Part shown: piece after piece, positions 1 to 10,114 of the stretch
Layout of the letters: each line of letters opens with the position of its first letter
Position numbering within the stretch: position 1 is the stretch's first letter
Origin: Octopus sinensis
Taxonomy: Eukaryota
Assembly: GCF_006345805.1 (NCBI RefSeq)
Contig: NW_021824367.1
Span: 1-18,956, forward strand
Direction of reading: 5' to 3'
Length of the DNA: 18,956 nucleotides
Notes under the pieces: generated by a model
Told to the model about the DNA's origin: nothing
Seen by the model: the letters and a program-made list of their open reading frames with translations, nothing else
The model's database searches: none
Program-made: the position numbers and the translations under genes

Positions 1-129
1 TATTTAAGTCTATATATCTATATATATATATATTATATATATATATATATAAGCGTTTATTTTCTTAAAGTGATATTTCTATAGCGATTGAAGTAGCATG
101 TGATAACTCTGTTATTATAAACATGAAGA

Positions 130-404
130 GCTGGGATAGATTTGTTCTCGATATCATTGTTATCATCATCATAATCTCTTCGTAATCAACATCGTCATCA
201 TCATTATCAAACGTATGCTGCTGTTTATGAGAATATTCGTCGTTGTGGTAATCATCGTCGATATCGTCAAATTTATCATTACTCGGCCGACCTAAGCCTC
301 ATCATCTCTTCCTTTTTTTCTATGTTGTCATCATCCCTGTCATCGTTCCCCTCATCACCATCATCATCGTATTCTTCATTATCATCTTTGTCGTTATCAT
401 ATTT
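130..404. repeat. Degenerate (TCA/TCG)n low-complexity tract
   Basis: Runs of tcatca/tcgtca; explains the Ser-rich ORF 322..561. Confidence 0.8.
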
Positions 405-712
405 TTCTTCTTTTTGTGCCCTTTTCAAGCCTAGCCTGGCTCATGGGCGCCCTCTCCCGGTTTCTAAGGCTTTTGTGCCCCCCCCCCAGCTGGACGGGAC
501 GCCAGTCCCTCGCAGCGTTACTGAAGAAACAGAAAGAAAGGGTGAGAAAAAGTTGGGGTGAAAGAGTACAACAGGAGTTTCCACAACCCCCTGCCGGCGT
601 ATCGTGGAGCTTTAGATGTTTTCGCTCAATAAACACTCACAACGCCCGGTCTGGGAATCGAAACCGCGATCCTACGACCGCGAGTCCGCTGCCCTAACCA
701 CTGGGCCATTGC
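405..712 (-). mobile_element. tRNA-derived SINE, family 1 (V-domain-like 3' tail), near full length
   Basis: Minus strand starts GCAATGGCCCAGTGG (A box) and contains GGTTTCGATTCCC (B box). The head is nearly identical to 11187-11270; the 3' part aligns with 15640-15771. Confidence 0.9.
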
Positions 713-718
713 AGATAA

Positions 719-746
719 CCACGAGGCTCCGGCAGGGTGTGGTGGC
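719..746 (+). mobile_element. Short internal fragment of SINE family 1, opposite orientation to the adjacent copy
   Basis: ccacgaggctccggcagggtgtggtgg matches 11294-11320. Confidence 0.7.
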
Positions 747-868
747 TCGTAATCCTCTCTACTAAGGACAAGGTTTGAATTTTAGTGGGAGGAAGGGTCC
801 TAGTCAATAACATTGATCTCAGTACTCAAACTGATACCTTTCTTATCGATCCTTTAAAAGAAAAAATC

Positions 869-896
869 GGCGGGATTTGAACAAGAAAATGGCGGC
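869..896 (+). promoter_or_regulatory. E2F/CDE-like GGCGGGA + CHR-like TTTGAA + YY1-like AAAATGGCGGC cluster
   Basis: GGCGGGA 869-875, TTTGAA 876-881, AAAATGGCGGC 886-896. Motif match only. Confidence 0.3.
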
Positions 897-990
897 AAAG
901 CTGCAATGACAGCGGTGTTAGACGTGGAATACAGACCAGCGTATAAATTGTTTGACATTGTGCTTTTATTCTCTTTTTTTGTTGTTTTTG

Positions 991-2087
991 GACATACGCA
1001 TTGCGTTTTTATTCCGATCTTCTCTTGACATGCGCATTGCGTTTTTATTCTCTTCTCTTTTGACATGCGCATTGCGTTTTTATTCTCTTCCCTTTTGACA
1101 TGCGCATTCCGTTTTTATTCTCTTCCCTTTTGACATGCGCATTGCGTTTTTATTCTCTTCCCTTTTGACATGCGCATTCCGTTTTTATTCTTATCTTGTT
1201 TTGACATGCGCATTCCGTTTTTGATCTTCCCTTTTGACATGCGCATTGCGTTTTTATTCTCTTATTTTTTTTGGCATGCGCATTTCGTTTTTATTCCGAT
1301 CTTCTCTTGACATGCGCATTGCATTTTTATTCTCTTCCCTTTTGACATGCGCATTGCGTTTTTATTCTCTTATTTTTTTTGGCATGCGCATTTCGTTTTT
1401 ATTCCGATCTTCTCTTGACATGCGCTTTGCGTTTTTATTCTCTTCTCTTTTGACATGCGCATTGCGTTTTTATTCTCTTCCCTTTTGACATGCGCATTGC
1501 GTTTTTATTCTCTTCCCTTTTGACATGCGCATTGCGTTTTTATTCTCTTCCCTTTTGACATGCGCATTCCGTTTTTATTCTTATCTTGTTTTGACATGCG
1601 CATTCCGTTTTTGATCTTCCCTTTTGACATGCGCATTCCGTTTTTATTCTTATCTTGTTTTGACATGCGCATTCGTTTTTATTCCGATCTTCTCTTGACA
1701 TGCGCATTGCATTTTTATTCTCTTCCCTTTTGACATGCGCATTGCGTTTTTATTCTCTTCCCTTTTGACATGCGCATTGCGTTTTTATTCTCTTCCCTTT
1801 TGACATGCGCATTGCGTTTTTATTCTCTTCCCTTTTGACATGCGCATTGCGTTTTTATTCTCTTCCCTTTTGACATGCGCATTGCGTTTTTATTCTCTTC
1901 CCTTTTGACATGCGCATTGCGTTTTTATTCTCTTCTCTTTTGACATGCGCATTCCGTTTTTATTCTTATCTTGTTTTGACATGCGCATTCCGTTTTTAAT
2001 CGTCCTTTTTGACATGTACATTGCGTTTTTATTCTTCTCTTCCCTTTCTTTTGACATGCGCATTGCGTTTTTATTCACTTCCGTTTT
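991..2087. repeat. Minisatellite, 31 units mostly 33-37 bp, consensus GACATGCGCATTGCGTTTTTATTCTCTTCCCTTTT
   Basis: Units counted by eye from each GACAT/GGCAT start. Several recurrent unit variants occur, with degenerate units at 954-990 and ~2102-2125. Confidence 0.97.
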
Positions 2088-2242
2088 ACGAATTCAGTGT
2101 GCACATGTGCATTGCAGGTTCATTCCTCTTTTCCCGGTTCTTACTCAAAACTGTTTATAGATCGCAACCATCTCAACAACTGCGTTCATGGGGAGTTGCT
2201 TCGCGCTCCGATGGTTGTGAGAAAACGTTAAAAGCCGGAAGT
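2076..2242. promoter_or_regulatory. ETS/GABP-like sites flanking a CpG-rich unique stretch
   Basis: CACTTCCG 2076-2083 and CCGGAAGT 2235-2242. Motif match only. Confidence 0.25.
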
Positions 2243-2289
2243 CATGTCGCTAAGTATTTATGTCCGGTGCGGTAATGATTCAGGCAGCT

Positions 2290-2460
2290 CTTAACTATTT
2301 GAGTTCAAATTCCATGAAGGTCATCTTTGCCGTTCAACCTTTCGGAGTTGATAAGTATCACTGAAGTACTGATGTCGAAGTAATCGGCTCCACTCCCGCC
2401 CACCCCCAAAAAATCTGCGGCTCCCATGCCAGAAACTTGAAACAGTTATTTAATTTCGTT
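2290..2460 (+). mobile_element. Old, degenerate copy of SINE family 2
   Basis: gagttcaaattcc...ctttgccgttcaacctttcggagttgataagta resembles the family-2 core GAGTTCAAATTCCGCCGAGGTCGACTTTGCCTTTCATCCTTTCGGGGTCGATAAATTAAGTACC. Confidence 0.75.
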
Positions 2461-2464
2461 CTAA

Positions 2465-3160
2465 GGCGGCGAGCTGGCAGAAAAGTTAGTACGCCGGGCG
2501 AAATGCGTAGCCGTATTTCGTCTGCCGTTACGTTCTGAGTTCAAATTCCGCCGAGGTCGACTTTGCCTTTCATCCTTTCGGAGTCGATTAAATAAGTACC
2601 AGTTACGCACTGGGGTCGATATAATCGACTTAATCCGTGTGTCTGTCCTTGTTTGTCCCCTCTGTGTTTAGCCCCTTGTGGACAGTAAAGAAATAGGTAT
2701 TTCGTCTGTCTTACGTTCTGAGTTCAAATTCCGCCGAGGTCGACTTCGCCTTTCATCCTTTCAGAGTCGCTAAATTAAGTACCAGTAATGCACTGGGATC
2801 CATGTAATCGACTTAATCCGTATGTCTTTCCTTGTTTGTCCCCTCTATGTTTAGCCCCTTGTGGGCAATAAAGAAATAAGCAACGTTGGCACACCGAGCG
2901 AAATACCTAGCGGTATTTCGTCTGTCGTACGTTCTGAGTTCAAATTCAGCCGAGGTCGACTTTGCCTTTCATCCTTTCAGGGTCGATAAATTAAGTACCA
3001 GTTGCGTACTGTAGTCGATCTAATCGACTGACCCCACCCCCATCTCCAAAATTTCGGGCCTTGTACTTAAAGTAGAAAAGAATCGTTAGGGCGTCGGCCA
3101 AAAATGCTTAAGGCACTTCGAGTTCAAATTCCGAGTTCAAATTCCACCAACATCGACTTT
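2465..3160 (+). mobile_element. Head-to-tail array of four SINE family 2 units (Meta/MESC-like core): 2465-2695, 2696-2880, 2881-3080, 3081-3160
   Basis: The core repeats four times. Units 1-2 have tail A (...GCCCCTTGTGG..AAAGAAATA) and unit 3 has tail B (CCCC..AAAATTTCGGGCCTTGT). Unit 4 has a 13-bp tandem duplication of GAGTTCAAATTCC (3120-3145). The Meta-domain label is from recollection. Confidence 0.9.
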
Positions 3161-3594
3161 CCCTCTGTTGTGCAGCGGGATCGGATTGAACTCAAAACCA
3201 CGTGGTTGTATATCCATCCCAGCGTATATCTATTGATTTACCTACTTATTTTTGTTTTGTGCGTTTCTGACAATATATCCCACCTCTCACTCGCAGCGTA
3301 CGTTTTCTATATACTAAGCCACCCTTGCTGATAGTGGAATGCATTCATAATAGAAACCTAAGAAGCCAGGTTCATTTGGCAAATTGGAAGTAAAAGCTAC
3401 ACGGATTTGTTTATGTTCTACAGTTAGCCACAATGAAATCTGTTTGTTTTTGGCGGAAAGAATCGGTTCAGATTTCCTATCTTTATCTCACTTTTGCAAC
3501 GAATGTAAGGAAATATCGTATTCCGGTATCGCACGAGCCTGATGTAAGAAACTCCAGCTAAATCTACTTCAGACTGTTAATTCTTCTGAGATTT

Positions 3595-3757
3595 TACAAG
3601 GGCGTGCTGAAAAGTTCCTGGCCTTAAGGATATCGCGGAAGGCTTGGTTGAAAGCCCAACTTCCCGAGTTTCTTTACAGGGCTTAGAAAACCTAAAGGAC
3701 CGCCGCAATAAGTGTGTGAATCTAAGAGGGGGATATGTTGAATAAAACATAATTAAC
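3595..3757 (+). mobile_element. Mariner-derived MITE / deletion derivative, right TIR missing
   Basis: TA then CAAGGGCGTGCTGAAAAGTTCCTGG, a mariner-type TIR. 3677-3745 reads QGLENLKDRRNKCVNLRGGYVE*, matching the mariner transposase C-terminal G-x-x-L-x-x-R-W-x-K-C-x-x-x-x-G-x-Y-x-E pattern. Confidence 0.8.
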
Positions 3758-4005
3758 CTAGATCAACCTTGTCTTTCATCCTTTCAGGATCGATGAAATA
3801 AGTAGCATTTGGGCACTGGGATCAGTATAATCGGTAAGCCCCTTTCCCAAAATTTCAGGCCTAGTATATGCAGCAGGAATGGTTTGTCTCAAAGAAAAAT
3901 CGTTACAGAATTGAACAAAATTCGAAGCAGCATTTGGTCCTACTCTTTATATTCTGGTTTCAAATCCCGCAGAGGCAAAATTTGCATTTTGTCATTTCGA
4001 GGGTT
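3758..4005 (+). mobile_element. Two degenerate SINE family 2 fragments (3758-3872 core + tail B; 3897-4005 head + core)
   Basis: ctttcatcctttcaggatcgatgaaataagta...cccaaaatttcaggcct, and aatcgttac...ttctggtttcaaatcccgcagagg. Confidence 0.7.
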
Positions 4006-4031
4006 ATTAAAACATACATGAGGTAGTGCAT

Positions 4032-4032
<1 letters not shown>

Positions 4033-4111
<79 letters not shown>
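4033..4111. repeat. (CA)n-(TA)n compound microsatellite
   Basis: Seen directly. Confidence 0.97.
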
Positions 4112-4113
<2 letters not shown>

Positions 4114-4517
4114 TCTTTCTCTCTTTTACTCTTTTACTTGTTTCAGTCATTTGACTGCGGCCATGCTGGAGCACCACCTTTAGTCGAGCAAATCGACCCC
4201 GGGACTTATTCTTTGTAAGCCCAGTACTTATTCTATCGGTCTCTTTTGCCGAACCGCTAAGTTACGGGGACGTAAACACACCAGCATTGGTTGTCAAGCA
4301 ATGCGAGGGGGACAAACACAGACACACAAACATATACACGCACATACATATATACGACAGGCTTCTTTCAGTTTCCGTCTGCCAAATCCACTCACAAGGC
4401 ATTGGTCGGCCCGGGGCTATAGCAGAAGACACTTGCCCAAGATGCCACGCAGTGGGACTGAACCCGGAACCATGTGGTTGGTAAGCAAGCTACTTTCCAC
4501 ACAGCCACTCCTGCGCC
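4112..4517 (-). mobile_element. tRNA-derived SINE family 3 (CORE-like CTTGGGCAAG domain, internal microsatellite, (AAAAGAGT)n tail), full length
   Basis: Near-identical reverse complement of 12257-12676, with B-box-like GGTTCAGTCCC. Flanked by (TA)n on both sides. Confidence 0.92.
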
Positions 4518-5564
4518 TATATATATATGCTTCTATAATTATATGGACTGAACACAAGACACACACACATATATATGAGAGAGTAGACAAATGAAAGAAG
4601 GGCCTACAACACATTTATTGGGAGATACATGTATGGATCACAACAGTTTGATTGAAACTCTTTCGTACTCCAATAGCCGAAGATTAGCGCCACGTTTGAA
4701 TCTCAGAGTATCAATGAGTATGATTAAAACTTTATATATATTGTTAATCTATCTATCCAGCTTCATTGTTCTCCGTCTGAATGTCTACTTTTCGTATATT
4801 CATATACACATTGAACTAACTAGGTAGCCAACTCTGTATACGTTAATCCACTTCCTTATTGTCTCTATACACACACACCCATATATATATGGGTGGGGGT
4901 TGTAGTCATTAAACAATCTATACATACATTTATGATCCTCTCCATCTGATTATTTTTGTAGCTTTATTGATCGCATTCTCACCTGGAATCGATTTTTGTA
5001 ATTTTTTCACGATTTATACACGCCCTGATACCGTCGGTATCTACATATCAAATTTGAGCGCAATCGGATGGAAGATGCCCGAGATCCTAGAATACACACA
5101 GACAGACCGGATTTTATATAATATACATACATACATATATATATATATATAACGGAATCTCTTTTATATGTATCTATGCATTTCTCCATATAAATTAAAC
5201 GATAAGACAAGTAACATCAAATCCTTAAACCTTCAAATTTGCAGAGATAATAATTCATTCATCTTGCACGTATTTATAGCTTAAAATTCCTATCGCGTTT
5301 TGCAACCAGTCTTAGCAAGAAGGAGAGCAGCGGGCACATTTAAATGAACCAGCGAACTTAATACGCGTTTGGTGGGTTATTTTATCTCCCGCCTCGTTTG
5401 TTGTAGAAATAATTTTATCCGTCTTCTTCCAGGACCTCTGGTGCATTTAAATTTGTTCGTTTTTGTTGTTTGTAATACTAATGCTTAAGGTGGTAAAACG
5501 TGAGGCTTACCTTTGCAAACGAGAGAAGTGTAACATCATGGCGTTCAGACAAAATGTGAGCTAG

Positions 5565-6005
5565 AGATGGAAGCAGACAGTGTGTGATAGAGAAAGAGAG
5601 AGTGGGGAGAGGAAGAGAGGGAGAGAGAGAAACGGGGAAGGAGAGATGTAGTTAGAGAGAGAGAGGGGGAGTGAAGTACAGAGAAAGAGATGTGAGGAGA
5701 GAGAAGGAAATGAAGAGAGAGCAAGAGAGGGAGAGAGAGAGAGTAGGAGAGAATGGGAGACAGCAATAGAGAATGACCAAGAGTAACAGGGAGGGAGAGG
5801 GAGAGAGGGAAATGGTGTGAGAGAGGGAAATGGTGTGAGAGAGGGAGAGAGATGGAGAGAGAAACGGAGAAAGAAAGATGTAGGGAGAGAGAGAGAAGGA
5901 GAGAATGGAAACAGAAATAGAGAGAGACCAAGAGAAACAGGGAGAGAGAGAGGGGGAGGAGAGAGTGAGACTTAGGCAGATAGTGAGGGAGGGAAAGAAT
6001 AATAG
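5565..6005. repeat. GA-rich polypurine low-complexity tract
   Basis: Degenerate (GA)n, with an 18-bp unit GAGAGGGAAATGGTGTGA duplicated at ~5803-5838. Confidence 0.9.
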
Positions 6006-6039
6006 AGAGCTCGATTTAGGTACAATTCACGTGCACTCA

Positions 6040-6175
6040 CGATCTGAAGATCGCTGTTTCGATTCTAGGCCCGGGTGGTGCCTATGTATTCTTGAGCAAA
6101 ACGCTTTCATTTCACTTTATTTCACATTGTTCCAGCCCGTTCACCTGTTGATGAGTAAAACCTGCGAGGGACTTT
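6040..6175 (+). mobile_element. Very old SINE remnant (B box + CORE-like + V-like motifs)
   Basis: gtttcgattc; tattcttgagcaaaacgcttt; cctgcgagggact (compare ctgcgatggact at 15658). Confidence 0.55.
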
Positions 6176-6241
6176 TGTGATCTCGGACACTCATACGCCA
6201 TGAAATCAAGGTAATCCTAGGACTCGACATACTAATCTTTA

Positions 6242-6332
6242 GAGCGTCGAACAAATTGCTTAGTGGCGTTTGGTCCGATTCTTTACTTTCTGGTTTGAAA
6301 CCACGCCGAAGTCAAATTTGACTTTTATCATT
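6242..6332 (+). mobile_element. Degenerate SINE family 2 head
   Basis: gcgtcgaacaaattgcttagtggcgtttggtc...gccgaagtcaaatttgactttt. Confidence 0.6.
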
Positions 6333-6354
6333 AATCAGTTTTGTTATCGTTTGT

Positions 6355-6729
6355 CTTTTATTACTTGTTTCAGTTATTAGACTAAGGCCAAGCTGGGGCA
6401 CCGCCTTGAAGAATTTTTTCGTCAAATGAATTGACCCCAGGACTTAATCTGTTTGCTAAGCCTTGCACTTATTTTATTAGTTCTCTTTTTCCGAACCAAT
6501 TTGTGACGGGGATGTAAACAAACAAACACCAGTTATCAAGCGGTGCTGGAACACACACACATTATACGGTGGCCTTTTCTCTCTTTCCGTCTACCAAATT
6601 TGCTTACAATACTTTGGCCGGCCCAAGGTTATATTAGCAAACATTTGCCCAAGATGCCACGTAGCGGAACTGAACCCAGAACAATGTGGTTGGGAAGCAA
6701 GGTTCTCACTACACAGTCACGCTTGCATC
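6355..6729 (-). mobile_element. Diverged full-length SINE family 3 copy
   Basis: Aligns along 4120-4517 (tacttgtttcag...atttgcccaagatgccacg...gaacaatgtggttgg). Confidence 0.85.
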
Positions 6730-6785
6730 TAAAATAGAAATAAGTCCTCATCCAGTACTGGGATCGATGGAATTAATTTGCTTCA

Positions 6786-6952
6786 TTGTTGTTGTTTGTT
6801 CCTTATCGAGCTACGCCTGGCTCATAAGGGCCGGCTTCCCGGTTTCCTTGGCGTATAGGTTCCCCACCAGGACGGAAGGCCGGTCCGTCGCAGGTGAGCT
6901 GCAAGATGCAGGAAGAAAGGGTGAGAGAAAGTTGTGGCGAAAGAGTCAGCAG
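6786..6952 (-). mobile_element. 5'-truncated SINE family 1 variant with V-like tail ending in (CAA)n
   Basis: Minus strand reads ctctttcgccacaactttctctcacc...cctgcgacggaccggc...gaaaccgggaag...atgagcc and aligns with 15600-15750. Confidence 0.8.
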
Positions 6953-6954
6953 CT

Positions 6955-7237
6955 GATCTTCAACCAGAACTGGCTTATAGACTTACGACTCGACCTGGTG
7001 TACTAAAATATCCTGTCAAATTCGGTAATTTTAATGCCGTAACTAGCTTATAGACTTGGGACCTGGCCTGGTTTACTAACATACAATATCGAATCGGCGA
7101 TTTCTAATGACCATCATTGTTGCTGGATATTCCAGATTGATGAAATGAATGCGGATGATCTTCAACCAGAACTGACCTATAGACTTGGAACCCAACCTGG
7201 TTTACTAAAATACAATATCGAATCGGGTATTTTTAAT
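6955..7237. repeat. Three degenerate copies of a ~70-85 bp unit (6955-7039, 7041-7108, 7157-7237)
   Basis: Shared AACT.GC.TATAGACTT...ACCTGGT.TACTAA.ATA...AAT.GG; GATCTTCAACCAGAACTG is exact at 6955 and 7157. Confidence 0.8.
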
Positions 7238-7544
7238 ATAATTTCAAACCAGTAAATAGGCAGATAGACAAATAGATAAATATGTCGCAAGACAGGGTGT
7301 AAGGGTGCATAAGAAGGTGGGCAGATAAGTAGGGCTATATAGATAAGTATGTACTGTGCCCTATTGAATACTCACATGGTAACGGGGTGTTTATAATAAA
7401 ATGTCCACTTACGAGTGCTTTAACAGACCCTAAACGGATGTATATACGCGATAAGTCGCAGTGTTTACACCAGACGTTGCTGGTTTATTCCGTAAACAAG
7501 TACAGAGTGTGTGGGTGTGTGTTCTCTCTCTATCTATTCTCCTC

Positions 7545-7551
7545 TCTATCC

Positions 7552-7585
<34 letters not shown>

Positions 7586-8010
7586 TTGTGTCCGTGAGTA
7601 GGGTTATGTATGTGTGTGTGTGAATAGACCTGGATACATGTGTATAAATACGTCAGAATATAAGCATGTGTATGTTTGCATTTGCGTATATATTTATACG
7701 TCTGTCTGCGTGTGTGTGTGGGGGGGTGTATATATATATATATACATACATACAGACACACACACACGTATACATACACCACACACACACACACACATAT
7801 ATATATATACTTTTGTATACATGTATATATATTATGGTTGCAAACTAGCACACACAACTCACACACTAACACAAACACAGACTTCATATAAGACGTTTCT
7901 ATTTAAAATCATATATATAAATATATGTACATATATTCAATGAGTGTACGTGTGTATATATTTGTAAGCATGCATATATGCATATCCATGTACATATGTA
8001 TTTATATATA
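7545..8010. repeat. Mixed (TA)/(TG)/(CA) microsatellite field
   Basis: Seen directly. Confidence 0.85.
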
Positions 8011-8137
8011 CCTATGTGTGCAGAATAGAGCGTGGGAGAGTGTGGACTAAACGTTTTATTTTTTTGCAAATACCAGCGAAATTGCATACGAATAGTATAC
8101 AGTCTCACACACAAGCCTGTATCTTAAAGTAAATGGG

Positions 8138-8175
<38 letters not shown>

Positions 8176-8275
8176 TAATGAGGGAGATAAATTAATATTA
8201 ATTTTAATATCAATTTAAAACCAGTAGTCCAGCATACAAAAATCTGAGGAGTCAGAGAAAATTCTAATATATGTG

Positions 8276-8562
8276 TATATTGGCAGGGCTTACTGCTAGG
8301 GAGTCGGCCGTATGCTAGAAATAGACCATCAACGGTCATACTACAAGGAAATTCTCTAGAGGGAAAAATACAGCGAACACCAGAACCAACTTTGGCGGGC
8401 ATGACAGATGAAAATGTTTTTTATATAAATTTTCATCTGTCATGCCCGCCAAGTTGGTTCTGGTGTTCGCTGTATTTTTCCCTCTAGAGAATTTCCTTGT
8501 AGTATGACCGTTGATGGTCTATTTCTAGCATACGGCCGACTCCCTAGCAGTAAGCCCTGCCA

Positions 8563-8567
<5 letters not shown>
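8276..8567. repeat. Near-perfect palindrome / foldback element, ~140-bp arms with a 13-bp spacer
   Basis: Arm 8276-8415 is the reverse complement of 8429-8567 except for a 1-nt indel (CCAACTTTGGC vs GCCAAGTTGG). Spacer GTTTTTTATATAA. Confidence 0.97.
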
Positions 8568-8593
<26 letters not shown>

Positions 8594-8809
8594 ATATATA
8601 TATATATATATAGACACAGAGAGAGAGAGGGGGGATAAAGAAGGAGATGTATATATGTATGTAAACGTGTGTGTGTGTGCTGATTGTCGTTATGGCGTGA
8701 AACTTGAGTCACAAGCGAAAGAATTTGAATTTAAATAAATAATATATCTTGCAACATACATTGGATACGATCTTCCTGTTTCATTAAGAAAGGGACGATT
8801 TAATTGTTC

Positions 8810-8885
8810 ATACACATATATACACGCATACATATACATACATACACACACATATGTATACATACACACACACACACACACACAC

Positions 8886-8922
<37 letters not shown>

Positions 8923-8997
8923 CATACACATATGTATACATATACATATATATATATATATACATGCATTCACATACACACACACACACCCACACAC

Positions 8998-9042
<45 letters not shown>

Positions 9043-9340
9043 CATACATACACTTATATATGCATAGACACGCACGCAGGGTTATCTATGTATGTGGACA
9101 TGTAGTTATATATATATATATACACACACACATATTATATATATACGTATATGTATGTATGTATATATGTATATATATACATGTGTGTATGTATATATAT
9201 ACATAGATGTATGTATGTATGTATATACATATATGTATGTATGTATATATATATACATGTGTGTATGTATGTGTATATATATATATATATATATACATGT
9301 ATATATATATATACATGTATATACACACACATATATATAT
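8810..9340. repeat. (TA)/(CA)/(TATG) microsatellite field
   Basis: Seen directly; source of the many YIYI/HTHT ORFs. Confidence 0.95.
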
Positions 9341-9566
9341 CCAAGAGACGGTGTGTTTACAATCAACGTACTTCCCTTCCGATTCTACATTACATATTTA
9401 TATACATCACGTCAAGTGTAGTAGCTGCTTGCCGTGCTGTACTATATCTATAACAAGGGTGGCCCGTTCGTTTGGACGTAAATTATTTCTTGAGATGTCC
9501 TCGTCCAGAATTCAAGTGGGTAGCACTTAACAGTATCCTATCCTTCATCACTAGTTTTCTCTCTCC

Positions 9567-9567
<1 letters not shown>

Positions 9568-9604
<37 letters not shown>
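9568..9604. repeat. (TA)n microsatellite
   Basis: Seen directly. Confidence 0.95.
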
Positions 9605-9612
<8 letters not shown>

Positions 9613-10114
9613 CAAGCACACGTTCTCTTTTACAGCATTTTTCCCTATCTTATTCTGCGTCTATAATATTCTCTGTTTCTCCTTTACTCTTGTCATTTCT
9701 CTTACTGTTTCTCATTCTCCAATTCGTCTTTGATTTCTTTGTCTCTCTTAATCCCTCTCTCTCACTCCCATGGTTTCATTCGCTCTTAGACATGCAGTTT
9801 TCATCCAAAGTCCCCACCGTATTTTCTCTCAGTGTCACACCAATCTTTCTCTTTCTCTCAAATACGCAATCTCACCCTTCATCTGTTTGCCCTCACACCG
9901 TCTCTTCTTTCTCTTTGCCTCTTGTCTGTTTTTCTCTCATATCAAGGCGCCAGACATCTTACAGATGTCTATGTGTCTCCCAACGGGATGATGAATAATT
10001 GGCATGCAAAAAAAAATAGGGTTTGTGCTGAACTTTCAGCATTTGCAGTTTCGATTCCGAGGTGATGCCATTTAAACGAAAAGAAAAAAAACATGTTTCG
10101 AAATACGTAAATAT

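Noticed and set aside
889-909. ATGGCGGCA as a gene start
   Set aside because: It reads MAAKLQ* with no splice donor before the stop.
991-2087. CRISPR-like repeat/spacer appearance
   Set aside because: The variable parts are only ~9-18 nt and recur, there are no cas genes, and the context is eukaryotic; this is a minisatellite.
2244-2294. MSLSIYVRCGNDSGSS* as a first coding exon
   Set aside because: Only 16 codons, weak donor candidates and no recognisable homology.
10090-10100. AACATGTTTCG resembling a hammerhead stem III on the minus strand
   Set aside because: No CUGANGA or stem II nearby, and the cleavage triplet would be GUU.
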